DNA from: Octopus vulgaris
Taxonomy: Eukaryota
Direction of reading: 5' to 3'
Assembly: GCA_951406725.2 (NCBI GenBank)
Contig: OX597826.1
Location: forward strand, 15,128,001 to 15,192,000
Length of the DNA stretch: 64,000 bases
The translations under genes were made by a program, and so were the position numbers. Positions 27,528-41,810 of this stretch are shown here, in pieces; the first letter of the stretch is position 1, and the number at the start of each line of letters is the position of its first letter. The notes beneath the pieces are model-generated. The model had not been told where the DNA came from. It searched no databases and worked only from the letters and a program-made list of their open reading frames with translations.

Positions 27528-28109
27528 TCTAGGTGCATATCATATTTAGTTTTGTGTCTAATTAAAGAAAATATCTTAATTAGAAGATCTATTTAAAAAT
27601 TGCACACCTTCTCAGACACGCACGTATACACACACTTAGGTACAAACAAATAATTATTCTCATTCTCAGTTCAACTTTATATATGTGTATATGTGTCTTG
27701 TGTGTGTGTGTGCGCGTGTGTGTGTGTTTGTGTGTGAGTGTGCTTGTGTATATATGTGTGTGCTTGTTTGCATGTGCGTGTATGTGTACGTATGTATTTA
27801 CACTTTTATTTATGACTTATCAATCTTTAATATCTATGTCTAATACGCAGTATTTACCTGCTAAAAACAATGGTCTACGCTCCCTCAGATTTCATGTCAC
27901 AGTCACAAAAGATTTTGCGCTACCGTAGCTCTGGATACTATGTCTAGGAAAAGATGAGATTGTCACGGTCGGAGTGTGTATTGATTTTAGATGAGCTGAA
28001 TCAGAACTGAACAGAACTGATCAATAACATCGAAGAAATGATAGATAATAAATTTAGAAGTCATTTAGAATTGGCTTGGAAAAATTACAATTATGTATAA
28101 CAGTAAGCG

Positions 28110-28567
28110 TGTGTATGTATGTATGTATGTATGTATGTATGTATGTATGTATGTATGTATGTATGTATGTATGTATGTATGCATGCATGTATGTATATAT
28201 GCGTGTATGTATGTATGTATGTATGTATGTATGTATGTATGTATATAAGTATGTATGTATGTATGTATGTATGTATGTGTGTATGTATGTGTGTATGTAT
28301 GTGTGTATGTATGCATGTATGCATGTATGTATGCATATATGTATGTATGTGTGTATGTATGTATGTATATGTGTGTATGTATGCATGTATGCATGTATGT
28401 ATGTATGTATGCATGTATGCATGTATGTATATATGTATATATGTGTGTATGTATGTATGTGTTTGTGTATGTATGTATGTATGTATGTATATATGCATGT
28501 AAGTATATATGTATGTATGTATGTGTAAATGTATGTATGTATGTATGTATGTATGTATGTATGTATG

Positions 28568-28601
<34 letters not shown>

Positions 28602-28650
28602 CGTATCTATGTGTTTGTCTGTCTCTCTCTCTATCTGTCTATGTATCTAT
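28110..28650. repeat. Long (TATG)n/(TATC)n microsatellite
   Basis: Direct reading. Confidence 0.95.
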
Positions 28651-28867
28651 CATTCGAATATCCTCACACATACACGTACCTATGGGAGCACATGTGAGCT
28701 TACGCCCAAAAGTATGTGCATGTATTAGCATGTAAGTCGTATATATATATATATACGTATATATATATATACACACACGGTGTGTAATGCTCATATTATA
28801 CATCCTAGCACCATTACTTGTACTTCACAGTGATTAACGCTTTTAACACTATTAACAAATAAAAGAA

Positions 28868-29160
<293 letters not shown>

Positions 29161-29944
29161 AAGTAACAATTGCAAAATCCGATAGCAATCATAAAAGGCA
29201 GAAACCTTTTTGTTGCGGTTGCCATTGGTATTGTAGTTATTGTCATTCTGTAGACATTTATGCCAAACGCTGCTGTTTCACACATACCTAATACATAGTC
29301 ATAAAACAGAAACTTTTCAAAGAAGGATTCATAAAATTCTCATGGCATATCCATAAAAACACCTGGTTGATGGCGCACACATACACATACACACACTAGA
29401 ACGGACACAAACATACAAAGATAGATAGAGATACCGTAGCACACGTACACACGCAAACATATAAACACACACATACACGTCAGTCATAGACATCTGCATA
29501 CAAGTATGATATATACATACACATTCGTAAATGTAGACGCATACAAATATATACACAAGCACAGAAGCTCATAAAAAAGAGGCACATATGAATATTAACA
29601 GAAGCAGATACATGAGGTGCATACAGACATATACATACAAGCATATGCATACGAAGAGACAAATCTACATAGAAGTACCTACACACATAAAGGTACATAC
29701 ACTCACACCTCACTTACAAAAACATATTTATATACACATATAAAAACAAGGACATACGCATTAGTTATACACACTCCTGTATGCTTCCAGAATTATATAT
29801 ATACATATGCGTATACATATGCGTGTACATATATGTATATATATGTATATATGAATATATATATATATATATATATGTATATATGAATATATATATATAT
29901 GTGTGTGTATATATATATATACACAAATATATGTATGTATATAC

Positions 29945-30338
29945 TCTTTACTCTTTTACTCTTTTACTTGTTTCAGTCATTTGACTGCGGTCATGCTGGA
30001 GCACCGCCTTTAGTCGAGCAAATCGACTCCGGGACTTATTCTTTGTAAGCCCAGTACTTATTCTATCGGTGTCTTTTGCCGAACCGCTAGGTGACGGGGA
30101 CGTAAACACACCAGCATCGGTTGTCAAGCAATGCAAGGGGGACAAACACAGACACACAAACACACACATACATATATATATACATATATACGACAGGCTT
30201 CTTTCAGTTTCCGTCTACCAAATCCACTTACAAGGCATTGGTCGGCCCGGGGCTATAGCAGAAGACACTTGCCCAAGATGCCACGCAGTGGGACTGAACC
30301 CGGAACCATGAGGTTGGTAAGCAAGCTACTTACCACGC
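29945..30338 (-). mobile_element. SINE family A, near full length
   Basis: Tail, internal microsatellite, CORE-like gacacttgcccaag and tRNA head are all present. Confidence 0.9.
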
Positions 30339-30427
30339 AATATAATATAAATATATGTATATATGCATACACACACACACAATACATCCACGTTAAACAG
30401 GGTATAAAGATTGTTATTTGGTGTTAA

Positions 30428-30472
30428 TACTGCTGACGAAGCGCAAAACCGCAGAAATCACGTGATCTAGTA
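30428..30472 (+). ncRNA. Type I hammerhead ribozyme motif with a palindromic stem III
   Basis: tactg CTGACGA agcgcaaaaccgca GAAA tcacgtga TC tagta: stem I tactg/tagta, stem II gcg/cgc, palindrome atcacgtgat, AUC triplet. Confidence 0.85.
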
Positions 30473-31141
30473 GTTCCACCGCCGGTACCGAGCAATTTAC
30501 ACCACCAAATGATTTTCTATACTCTAAAGGTTTAAACGAGATAAGACGAACACTGCAGCATTACGGTTTTCTTATAAAACATCCATGATATGTAGGCTAT
30601 AAACTTTGATATACAACTACACTTGCATACTTACATACGCATAAATATCAATTATACAAACATACAAGCCAGTCTAGCTGCATTACTAGTAAAGACTTCA
30701 TACATAAGGATTATTGAAATATATTCTGTGGTCGACTTATAACAAGGAACATATTATAAACGGCCGAATGAAAAATGCGTAGTTTTCTTAGATTTATGTA
30801 CATATCCGTAGTTAGTAACGGGTTAAATGATTATGAGAGTGACAGAGTGGGCAGAGACATGCACAAAGAAAATTTTAGTTGTTTTTCACGCTGTGGCTAA
30901 ATCGTTATTATAGAACAGGACATAGGAATGCAATCTCTGTTTGCAAGACCTCCACCCCTACTACCATGCACCACCCCAACAACGATCATCACATATCACC
31001 ACAACAGAACTGCGTACCTTGAAACGCTTTATTGCATCGTCTCTATTTCGCATCAAAGCGTTAAGATTAACGTTAAGTGATTACACTGACACACAAATAT
31101 CTATCTACGCACGCACACACACACGCACTTACTCACACACA

Positions 31142-31196
<55 letters not shown>

Positions 31197-31330
31197 CACA
31201 CATATATATATACACCCACACAGGCACACACATATGTATATATGTATGCGTGATTATCTTCTTTTATTAATATTTACATCTATATGCATACATTCGCACA
31301 CACACATACTCACACACACATATATATACA

Positions 31331-31397
<67 letters not shown>

Positions 31398-31807
31398 ATA
31401 TATACATATATGCATACAAGTTCGTGCAAGGACATATAGACACACGTACGCATGTATTATAAAAACGTACGATATCTTTCTCACATGCCTACATTCATAT
31501 GTGGACATAAAAGGAAACATCGAGAATCGTGATGCAATGCAACAGTCTCTGGGTAGTTGGAACACCAGTGAAGTCCTAGCAAGAATGTAGTACACGGAGA
31601 AAAAAGAAAGTCATTCATGCGAATGTTCAATCCTAATCAATGCTTTATTCACAGTAACTGGATTAACTGGGCTTCAAGAAAAACGGCTCAAAGGAAATGA
31701 TATTCGAATCACTGATTTTATTCATCGCATCCACAGAAACACTTTGGCAAACCGCGATAAACGCACAGAGGTATATGCGCGTACAGACATACATGTACAC
31801 ACACACG

Positions 31808-31891
<84 letters not shown>

Positions 31892-32118
31892 CATACATAC
31901 GTCGTTATATATCTTGTTCCCATGATACAAAATGTGAAAATTACGTTATCAGAATTTGATCTGACTGGTGCACCAGAATTGCACAAAATGATGCTAGCAC
32001 CAATGTTCATTTAATCATTTTTGCTATTGGTGATATGACAAATTCAAAACTGTTCTAGTTGGATATGTGTCTATTTGCATTGTGCAAATCTCATATATAT
32101 ATCTCATTGTATCTTGGT

Positions 32119-32262
32119 ATATCTCATACAGCCTATATCTCATACAGCCTATATCTCATATAACCTATATCTCATACAGCCTATATCTCATACAGCCTAT
32201 ATCTCATATAACCTATATCTCATATAGCCTATAACTCATATAGCCTATATCTTATATAGCCT
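32119..32262. repeat. 16-bp minisatellite x9 (atatctcata[c/t]a[g/a]cct)
   Basis: Nine consecutive units; variant order A A B A A B C C' C''. Confidence 0.95.
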
Positions 32263-33819
32263 TCAGCTTCTCTTTTTACATTTCACTTTCGTGGATATTC
32301 ATATTTAAACAAATCAAAATATATGACTTGTCTAAATTCCAAAGTGGATAAACTGTTGGAGAGGAGATGGCTTGCGGAATTCGAAAGGAATAATCTCTAA
32401 AGTCATGTCGGTATTCCAAAACCAAGTTAAAGCCAGCTCATACAAGCATAGTTCTTGATAGAAGACAAAGCTCACACAGAAGGGGCGCAGAATAGAAATA
32501 CGTCTTGTGTCTTCAAGCCACCGAACTAGGACAGGAAAGTGATAGCTATACTAAAACATCTTGTTGCAATCCTACGTGAACCAAAACTGTTCGCTTTGAG
32601 ATCCGTGCCATGGAAGGGCTGTAATTGCAAAACCTTTCCTGATCCAATCAATACTGATAAGCGGAATAAAACGGTGTGTAGTCAACCAAAAGTGATCAAT
32701 TGTTCAGTCGAACAATGTCATATCTGGTAAATCATTATTCACTATTTTACTTATTTGTAGGATACTTTATATTTGGAGGCAGTCTACTGAAGCCTTTAAC
32801 CCTGACTGTTTGGCCCCTAACGTGAATCATAACCGGTGGCTTTGCGATAATTTGAGCAGCCATATCATGAAATTCTCTAGGCCTATTTCTTGTTCAGGTT
32901 TAGCAGTAGCAAGTGAGGAGCCACTTCCCAATGGCATCATCCCTGAAACAACTAAAGGAAGTTTTGCTTTACGAACGGTTTAAAATCACCCTAACAATCC
33001 CTGAGAATCTGTATAGGCCAATTACTCGACGTAAAAAGATGCCTCTGTCTGCTTGCTGCCATATCTTCATATAAGCACATTTGAATCTGCTAAAACTTAT
33101 CAAAAATGATTTGATGCGTTATTGATTGGATTCTCGCAGTTCTGTGGGGAACCCGTGTATTATTATCTGTTTGGCAGGCTTCTGCACGCATCATCAGATA
33201 GTTTATTTGCTGATTTCTGTAAACAAGAGCTCTTGTTATTGTGAAATTCATCGGTTACGGGTAGCTTCGACGATGAGACACCCGACGGCGTCGAAACACC
33301 ACAGTGTCTCGAAGCCCCTGGTTTCAGTGAATCATAGGTTTAATGAAAACACATCACTACAAGGGACGAGATGCTTTGCGATTGCGAATAACGACAGCAG
33401 TCGGCTATTCACATTGAAATCTATCATGTACGTCAGTGCATTCGTTTTTATTCTGATGGTTATATTATGCAGTCAGATTGTAAGGTAATCGGTGTATAAC
33501 GGATTTATTCATTAATGAAATAAGCAGTTATTCGGAGTATCGGCTTTATAAAGACGTGAATCTAAAAGTCAGAAAACATAGATAGGGATGTTCTAGCTAC
33601 AAGAAGCTGTTTGAGTCATTGTGCAAATGTGTAAAACATTCCTGAAATTTAGTTTGCAATAAGTGCATACAGACGTGTGTAGTGATGTAGATGGTGTTCA
33701 AATTCCAAAGAAAAGTCAATATATCGGCGTTAGGAACTGGCAATTTCTCTATTAGGAAATTTGAAAATAAGACTAGAATTCATACATACATACATACATA
33801 CATACATACATACATACAT

Positions 33820-33856
<37 letters not shown>

Positions 33857-33953
33857 TGCATACGCACATATATGTATATGTAAATTTACTTGGAAGAAAT
33901 ATATATATATATATATTTGTAAATGTAATATGTGACAATTATTCAGTAGCCCT

Positions 33954-34014
33954 GATAAAACTCCGAGTTTCGGATGCCAAGGTGGAAATCCCCGCCGCCA
34001 TCTCTTCAGCTATC
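33954..34014 (-). ncRNA. Type I hammerhead ribozyme motif inside a fold-back PLE-like terminus (~33875-34056)
   Basis: gatag CTGAAGA gatg...catcc GAAA ctcggag TT ttatc; adjacent 26-bp inverted repeat 33993-34018/34031-34056. Confidence 0.75.
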
Positions 34015-34054
34015 CGGCATTTTTCCGATGGCCGGATAACTGAAGAGATGGCGG

Positions 34055-34103
<49 letters not shown>

Positions 34104-34216
34104 TAGATAGATAGATTTTTGTGTGTCATTGTCTGTGTAGGCACATATATTATATATATATACACACTCACACACATATATATATATACGTATAGATACA
34201 ATATGTATATGTATTA

Positions 34217-34261
<45 letters not shown>

Positions 34262-34299
34262 GTGTGTGTGTGTGTGTGTATTATGCATGTATGTATGTG

Positions 34300-34490
34300 T
34301 TTGTGTATCTGTCTTTGTATCCCCCGCCATCGCTTGACAGCCGATGTTGGTATATTTACGTCCCCGTAACTTAGCAGTTCGGCGAAAGTGACCGATAGAA
34401 TAAGTTCTGGAGTCGATTTGTTTAACTAAAGGCAGTGCTCCGGCATGACTGCAGTGAAATGACTGAAGCAAGTGAAAGAGTAAAAGAATA
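34300..34490 (+). mobile_element. SINE family A, 3' half
   Basis: catcgcttgacagccgatg..gtaacttagcagttcggc..gactgaagcaagtgaaagagtaaaag. Confidence 0.8.
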
Positions 34491-34660
34491 TATTTATTTA
34501 CATATTTGCATTGATATATATACATACATGCGCGCGCGAGACCTCCGCCCCCATATATGTACACGTGTGTGTGTGTATGCATATATATATATATATATAT
34601 ATACATTATCTACATTATTTACATTTGACGGATATTTGTCCTCATCTTGTTTGTTGTTAA

Positions 34661-34703
34661 CACAACATTTCGGCTGATAAACCCTTCCAGCCTTCATCAG
34701 GTG
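34661..34703 (-). ncRNA. Minimal hammerhead motif lacking stem III (PLE-type)
   Basis: cac CTGATGA aggctg-gaagggtttat-cagcc GAAA tg TT gtg: stem I cac/gtg, 5-bp stem II; lies in a short element (~34605-34755) between microsatellites. Confidence 0.65.
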
Positions 34704-34757
34704 ACTTGGGGAAATATCGGACATGGGTTCTCATTCCTAAGGTATTTTTCGATGATT

Positions 34758-35360
<603 letters not shown>

Positions 35361-35842
35361 TCAGTTTTCATTTTTTATTTGCCAGCCACTAATATTTAAA
35401 CAGGCCACTGCTGGTATGAAGCACCTGGTAAATTTTCTGAATGATCACAGAACTTTGTAGAAGTACATACCGTAGTTGTAGATTGGTCAGTTACGGTCCT
35501 AGTGATGAAGGAACGTCCGGCACGGCAGAGAGATAGTATATCTCTGGGGTTTGCCAATAAAAAAAAACAGGGAATAGTTCAGCGTTCTACTGCAGGGATG
35601 GAGGTGAGGAGAGGGCACCAGCGATTTCTCTTTTGATGTCCGATACTGTCCTAAGATGAAAAGCGGTGAAGCATTCTACGGTGATGGTGGTGGTGGTGTT
35701 GATGGTGGTGGCGGTTGTAGGGAAGGTGGTAAAGGCGCTGGTGATAGCAGCGTTGCCGGTGGTGGTGTGTTTGTGATAGCGGTGGTTGGGATGATTATGG
35801 AAAATCATGGTGGTAGTGGTTTGTGGTGATGGTTATATTGTC

Positions 35843-36080
35843 AAGGCGGCGAGCTGGCAGAATCGTTAGGACGCCGGACGAAATGCCTAGCGGTATTTCG
35901 TCTGCTGCTACGTTCTGAGTTCAAATTCCGCCGAGGTCGACTTTGCCTTTCATCCTTTCGGGGTCGATTAAATAAGTACCAGTAATGCACTGGGGCCGAT
36001 ATAATCGACTTAATCCGTTTGTTTGTCCTTGTTTGTCCACTCTGTGCCTAGTCCATTGTGGGCAATAAAGAAACAGGTTA
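35843..36080 (+). mobile_element. SINE family B, full length
   Basis: aaggcggcgagctggcagaatcgttagg..gagttcaaattccgccgaggtcgactttgcctttcatcctttcggggtcgat..gggcaataaagaaacagg. Confidence 0.9.
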
Positions 36081-36334
36081 TATCGTTGATGTTGGTAGCG
36101 TTGGTGAACTTGCCGATGTTTCTAGTATTGTTGATGATGATGGTTTTGATGCTGATGGTGATGATGCTGCTGGAAGTAGCGATTTTAGCAATGTTAGCGG
36201 TAGTTATGATGCTGATGATGGTAGCGTTGGTCATAGTGATGATGATGTTTTGGCGACAATGACAGAGATGAACAATAAGCCCTTCTGTTTAGTGATACAG
36301 AAAATTTTATTTAAATTAAATCATAGTTAATCAT

Positions 36335-36730
36335 AGGCACAGGAGTGGCTGTGTGGTATGTAGCTTGCTTACCAACAACATGGTTCTGGGTTCAGTCCCA
36401 CTGCGTGGCACCTTGCACAAGTGTCTTCTACTATAGCCTCGGGCCAACCAAAGCCTTGTGAGTGGATTTGGTAGACGGAAACTGAAGGAAGCCTGTCATA
36501 TATATGTATGTGTGTGTGTATGTTTGTGTGTCTGTGTTTGTCCCCACCAACATCACTTGACAACCGATGGTAGTGTGTTTACGTCCCCGTAACTTAGCGG
36601 TTCGGCAAATGAGACCGATAGAATAAGTACTAGGTTTACAAAGAATAAGTCCTGGGGTCGATTTGCTCGACTAAAGGCGGTGCTCCAGCATGGCCGCAGT
36701 CAAATGACTGAAACAAGTAAAAGCGTAAAT
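36335..36730 (+). mobile_element. SINE family A, full length
   Basis: A-box tggctgtgtgg, B-box ggttcagtcc, CORE-like accttgcacaagtgtctt, tail gactgaaacaagtaaaag. Confidence 0.92.
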
Positions 36731-36779
36731 GAGTTCTATTCACCAGTTTTTTCTTTTCACTTATATCATTCATCTTTTC

Positions 36780-37635
36780 GGATGTAGTTGGTTTGGCTGC
36801 CACCATTTCAAAAATTAAAGTTTATCGAAGACTTTAAAAATTTGGCACAGTAATATATTTTTCTAAGCTGAATTGCTGAAGTTATTTCACGTTTTCCGGG
36901 TAAACGTTTTTAAAAGGTCACAGAGGTTTAAAATTTGATCGTTTTCACCCAGCTACAAATACAATTTGGAAGCTGTTATTTTGTGCGTGACTGCACGTGT
37001 TAAATCCTTAAATCCTTTAAAATGTTTTAGCTCGAAGGCCGCGGCCGTGCTGGGGCACCACCGCTGGATTTTTTTGTTGTCAACATTCTGAAAGTAGCAC
37101 GTGTATTTACATGAAACTAAACAAATCAAATTCTGCTTAAAGTACGACATATTGCCCCTCGTAACTTTTTAAAAATTTGGAATTTTCAGAACATTTTTGC
37201 GAATTTGTACTGTACACACGGGAATTATTAAAAAAAATTTTAAGGGGCGGGGGCAAGATTTAAGGCCTATTTAGCTGTTATTTCTAGTACATTTCACGAC
37301 CAGGGTACAAGCAATAGATGGGCACAAGCAACAAAACACAGCGTCAACGCATGTGGCATCGCATAGAATATATTTGTCAACACACGTGCTTTCTCTCTGA
37401 CAAAAGAGTGCTCATGTTTGGCTTGCTACTATGGAAACACGCCATGGATGGGACTATGGCTTTCGTTTGGCTAAAATTACCCAAAATTTTCAAACTTTAA
37501 TTGCCAATAATCTTTTTTGATTTATAGCGAAAATGATTTTCACGCCATTCCTTCGCCTATAGAAGTGTATCATTACACTGAATATGAAATCAATGCGAAC
37601 AGAAATTGACCGTGGAAGCCAAACCAACTAGATCC
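36780..37635. mobile_element. 856-bp non-autonomous DNA transposon with GG termini and a perfect 8-bp TSD (Merlin-like)
   Basis: TIR ggatgtagttggtttggctgccac / gtggaagccaaaccaactagatcc; TSD atcttttc at 36772-36779 and 37636-37643. Confidence 0.88.
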
Positions 37636-37707
37636 ATCTTTTCTTCTCTTTCTATCTTCTTTCTCATTTTTCTCTCCCTTCCTCCCCCCTTTCTTTCTCC
37701 ACCTATC

Positions 37708-40688
37708 CGTATAGCGATTAGGTACAGCTAAGCACTAGCCATAGATAGAAATAGAGTAGAGGGTGAGCTAGTTAAGAAGCTAGAAGAGCAATTAGAAGCA
37801 GCATCGCATCCGACGTTTTGGCGGCGAGGTTGGCCCTCGACCAACACTTCAACACCAAACACGAAGGGTGTGCTGTCAGAGCTAGGATGCGTGCTCTAAG
37901 GAACGAAGGTGTTGGAGCCGCGAGAGAGGCCCGGGTGGCAGAGGCGCAACAGGGCAACAAAGCCACCATTCGGTCCCTGGTAGATGAACAGGGGCGCGAA
38001 TTGCTCGAGCCAAGTAAAATGTGTGAGGCCTTTCAACAGCATTTTGCCCGACTGTTCGGGATGAGTGGCGGGCAAGAACGTAGGGTGGACTTCAGTGCCT
38101 ACCTACACAGCCTACCACGACTCTCGACAAGAGAGGCAGGGCGCTGCGAAGGTGCCATCACGGCGGCGGAAGTGCAGGCGATGGCAGGATGCTCGAAGGA
38201 CAAATCGCCGGGTTTGGATGGTCTACCCTACGAGCTTTACAGTTGTATGCCAGACTTGTTTGGAGACGTCTTGGCAGCGGTGTACTGCAACTGGCAGCAA
38301 AACGGGAGCATTCATGGTTTTGTGAGCCGAGGAACCGTAACACTGCTGAAGAAAGATCTAAACAAGGGAAATGTAATAGATAACTTTAGGCCCATCACTC
38401 TACTTAATGCAGACTTGAAAATTTTGGCCAAGGTGTTAGCCAAGAGGTTGGCGCTTGTCATCGAGAAACTGGTCGACAAGGCGACAACGTGCGCCCTGCC
38501 GGGCCGGACCTTCCATGACAACCTCCACCTGATGCGCTACATCATAGACAGGGTAGTTAACGAACCTGGCATGGGTGGGGCGCTGATCAATTTGGATCAA
38601 TCGAAAGCTTTCGATAGGGTAGACCATCGATACTTGGAGGCTGTCCTCAGAGCGGCTGGCTTAGGTCCCGTTTTCCGCGGCTGGATAGCCGCTTTGTACA
38701 GAGGCATCCGTTCGGTAAATCGCGTAAATGGACATCTATCGAGACCTTTCAACATCGCACGTTCGGTCCGTCAGGGATGCCCCCACTCGTCGCTTCTATA
38801 CGTATTGACTCTCGAGCCATTATTGCGGAAGCTGGCAACTCTGAGGGGCATCCCGCGAGAACTGGGATGCGGGACGAGCGTGTCTGCATACGCGGATGAC
38901 GTCACCGTCATAGTGTCTAGCCACGAGCACATTGAGCAGGTCGGCGAGACACTGAAAAACTACGAAGCGGTGACAGGAGCGAAAATCAACCGGGAAAAGT
39001 CAGTGGGCTTGCAACTAGGCACCTGGAAAAGCAAGCCCATGCCGTCCACCAGCACCTCCGTTGTGGGACGCTGGACCGACGGTCCGGTCGAGTTGCTCGG
39101 GGTCTGGTTCGGTCCGGACCTCAAAATGGAGAAGAACTGGAACGAGATAACGAGTAGGGTGGTCACGCTCGCCCGGCAATGGGCCGAGAGGAAACTGTCG
39201 CTAAAAGGTCGGGCGGAGGTGGCGAACACGTACATCGCGTCCGTCATCTACTACCGCCTGACCATTGTGCCTTGTCCCGACCCTACCATCACCAAACTAG
39301 AACGCATTCTCTTTCGCTTCTTGTGGAAAGGATGCGTCCCGATGGTCAGGCGATCCATTTGCTGTCAACACCCGTTATAAGGAGGACTGGGCATGCCGTA
39401 GTTGATGATGCGCAGACACACGCTGCGACTGCAACATCTCAGGCTCTTCGCAGACGACGGTGAACAGGTGTGATTGCCGTTTGTGAGGCACGCTTTCCCG
39501 CAGCTCATCTCCATGACCGAACTGCAATCGTGGATCAAAAAGAGGCCGAGGAAGGGCGAATGGCACCGCGAGTGTCGCGTTGCTCTCAAGCAACTCTGCC
39601 GTCCTGGGTCAACCTTGAGTGACTCCATCTCAACCAAAGCATTCTATAGGGGATTAGTGGAGGGGAGGTACGACGACGAGCTCGGGGCGAACCTGGACGT
39701 CGACGAGGAATACCTGAGACGCCTGTTCGGGACGACTTTCGGGCCAGGGCCCATGGACAACTTCCAGAGATCCCTGGCCTGGCAGTGCTACCGACAAGCG
39801 CTACCAGTTCGGGATAAGCTCTACAGACACGGCTCGAGAAACACGGGGCCGACCTGCCCGAGATGCGGTCAGAGCGACGAAACCATTCTGCACGCACTCG
39901 TGCAGTGTCCAACAATTTCCGACCTGTGGGCTTATGTCGAACAGCTGCTGTCACGTGTGGGACGAGTCGGTTTATCAGCTGAGTCTATCGTCAATATTGT
40001 CACGCCTCATTCCTTCAAACGGGAAGGAAGAGCTATTTTCATCATCCTTGTGGCTATGGCGAAATAATGTATCTGGTGGACGCGTGTGAAAAGATTGGAG
40101 ACAAACACTTTCCACTCTGGTCAATCTCTTATCAACTTCTTCAAGTACCACTTGAAAAGGAAAGTGAGAGTAGAGAGGCAAGTTTTGTCAAGCGAATGTT
40201 TTAAAAAGAGATGGGTGAATGTAGCAAGGATGGCACGTATGAATGACGAAGCCACCTTGAGCATAATCCTATGAACCCAGAAATTGAAAACAGAGGGTTA
40301 CCCACTTGCAAACAAATGTGGTAACATATTACAATATTGACCGAGGTTACCGTGGTCTTTTTCGTAGGCTTTTCTTCCCACGAATAAACCTTATCTGCTT
40401 CCCCCTTTACACCGTACATCATGACACTGTGATACACGATCCCTATTGATCGTTTTTTTTCCTCTTCCCCTTTTTTCCTCTTTTTTCTTCTTTTTTCTTT
40501 TTTCTTTTCTTTAGTTTCTTTTCCTTTTTTCTTTTTTTTTCTTTTTTTCTTTTTTCCCTTTTACGATCTCTTTTGATCGAAAACCTACGCCACTTTTTTC
40601 TTTGTTTTTTTTTCATCCCCCAAAAGAAAAGCTCTACCTTGTAATTTGTCCCATCTGTGTGCAGCCCTGTGTGGCCAATAAAGAAACT
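37708..40688 (+). mobile_element. 5'-truncated Tx1/L1-clade LINE (RT, CCHC domain, 3' UTR)
   Basis: RT motifs KSPGLDG, FRPITLLNAD, LDQSKAFDRV, VRQGCP, AYADD; C-terminal CPRCGQSDETILHALVQC; GC-rich island; AATAAA at 40677 followed by (TATC)n. Confidence 0.96.
37818..40274 (+). pseudogene. LINE ORF2 reverse transcriptase, one frame interrupted by four stop codons
   Basis: ORFs 37818-39380, 39474-40067 and 40086-40274 share a frame; stops at 39378, 39399, 39471 and 40065; endonuclease domain lost to 5' truncation. Confidence 0.92.
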
Positions 40689-40716
40689 TATCTATCTATA
40701 TTTCTATCTATCTGTG

Positions 40717-40849
<133 letters not shown>

Positions 40850-40960
40850 GTCTGTCTATCAGTTTGTCTATCTCTAGGCGTACTCACGTGCAGACACGCG
40901 TACACATGCTCTCAGACACAAACAAATACGCGCATATGTACACACATATCTACATTATAT

Positions 40961-41810
40961 GGAAGCATGCGAGCAAGAGAAATATTCTTAAGATTATAAA
41001 ACTGGAAATGTACAGGACAAGTTATTACACATGGACAAGTATTGTACATGTTATTATACATGGAGAAGTTCAGGACAAGTTATTACATTTGGTAAAGTAC
41101 AGAACAACAAAACTTTTACATAAAATATAACAGTCAAGGATAAAATATCAAAAATATTTTGATTTAAAAAATATTAGCTTTTATTAAAGCTAAAAGAAAA
41201 AAATTATTACAAGTTATTACTTCTATTTGTTACTTCTATTAAAAATTTAGAAAAATAAGTCAAAATATTTTTTGCACTTTAAAAAAATTCATTTTTAAAA
41301 TTATTAATTGATAATTAGAAATTTGAAATAGGTTATAAAAAATAATAGTAGTACATAATTAGTTAGTACAATAAATAGAATGATACAAAAATTAGTTATA
41401 TATTACAGTAAAATCTACCTATAACAACAAATTCACAGTAAAATTTGCTTGAGTTATTGCCAAGTCTTCACATGCCTATTTTTTACATAATGAATTTGCC
41501 TACCATATACACTATTCTACTTTGCATAAAACTTTAGCTATAATTGGTACTTCTGGCTCTTTGGTGTGTTAATATTTTAATAAAATGATGGTACCTTTTT
41601 TAATTATAATGTTACTTATTAAATTAAAATCAAATAATTTTTAATATTCAACTTTTATCCTTAGCTGTAATATTTTAAGTAAAACTTTTCTTGTTCTGTA
41701 CTTTACCAGATGTAATAACTTGTCCAGAAATTTTCCAAGTGTAATAACTTGTCCTATACTTTTCCAGTTTTATAATCTTAAGAATACTATTTCTCTTGCT
41801 CGCATTTTCC
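40961..41810. mobile_element. AT-rich fold-back element/MITE with ~200-bp imperfect TIRs containing subrepeats
   Basis: atgcgagcaagagaaat..attcttaagattataaaactggaaa..ggacaagttattaca.. at the left is mirrored by ..tgtaataacttgtcc..ttccagttttataatcttaagaat..atttctcttgctcgcat at the right. Confidence 0.85.
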
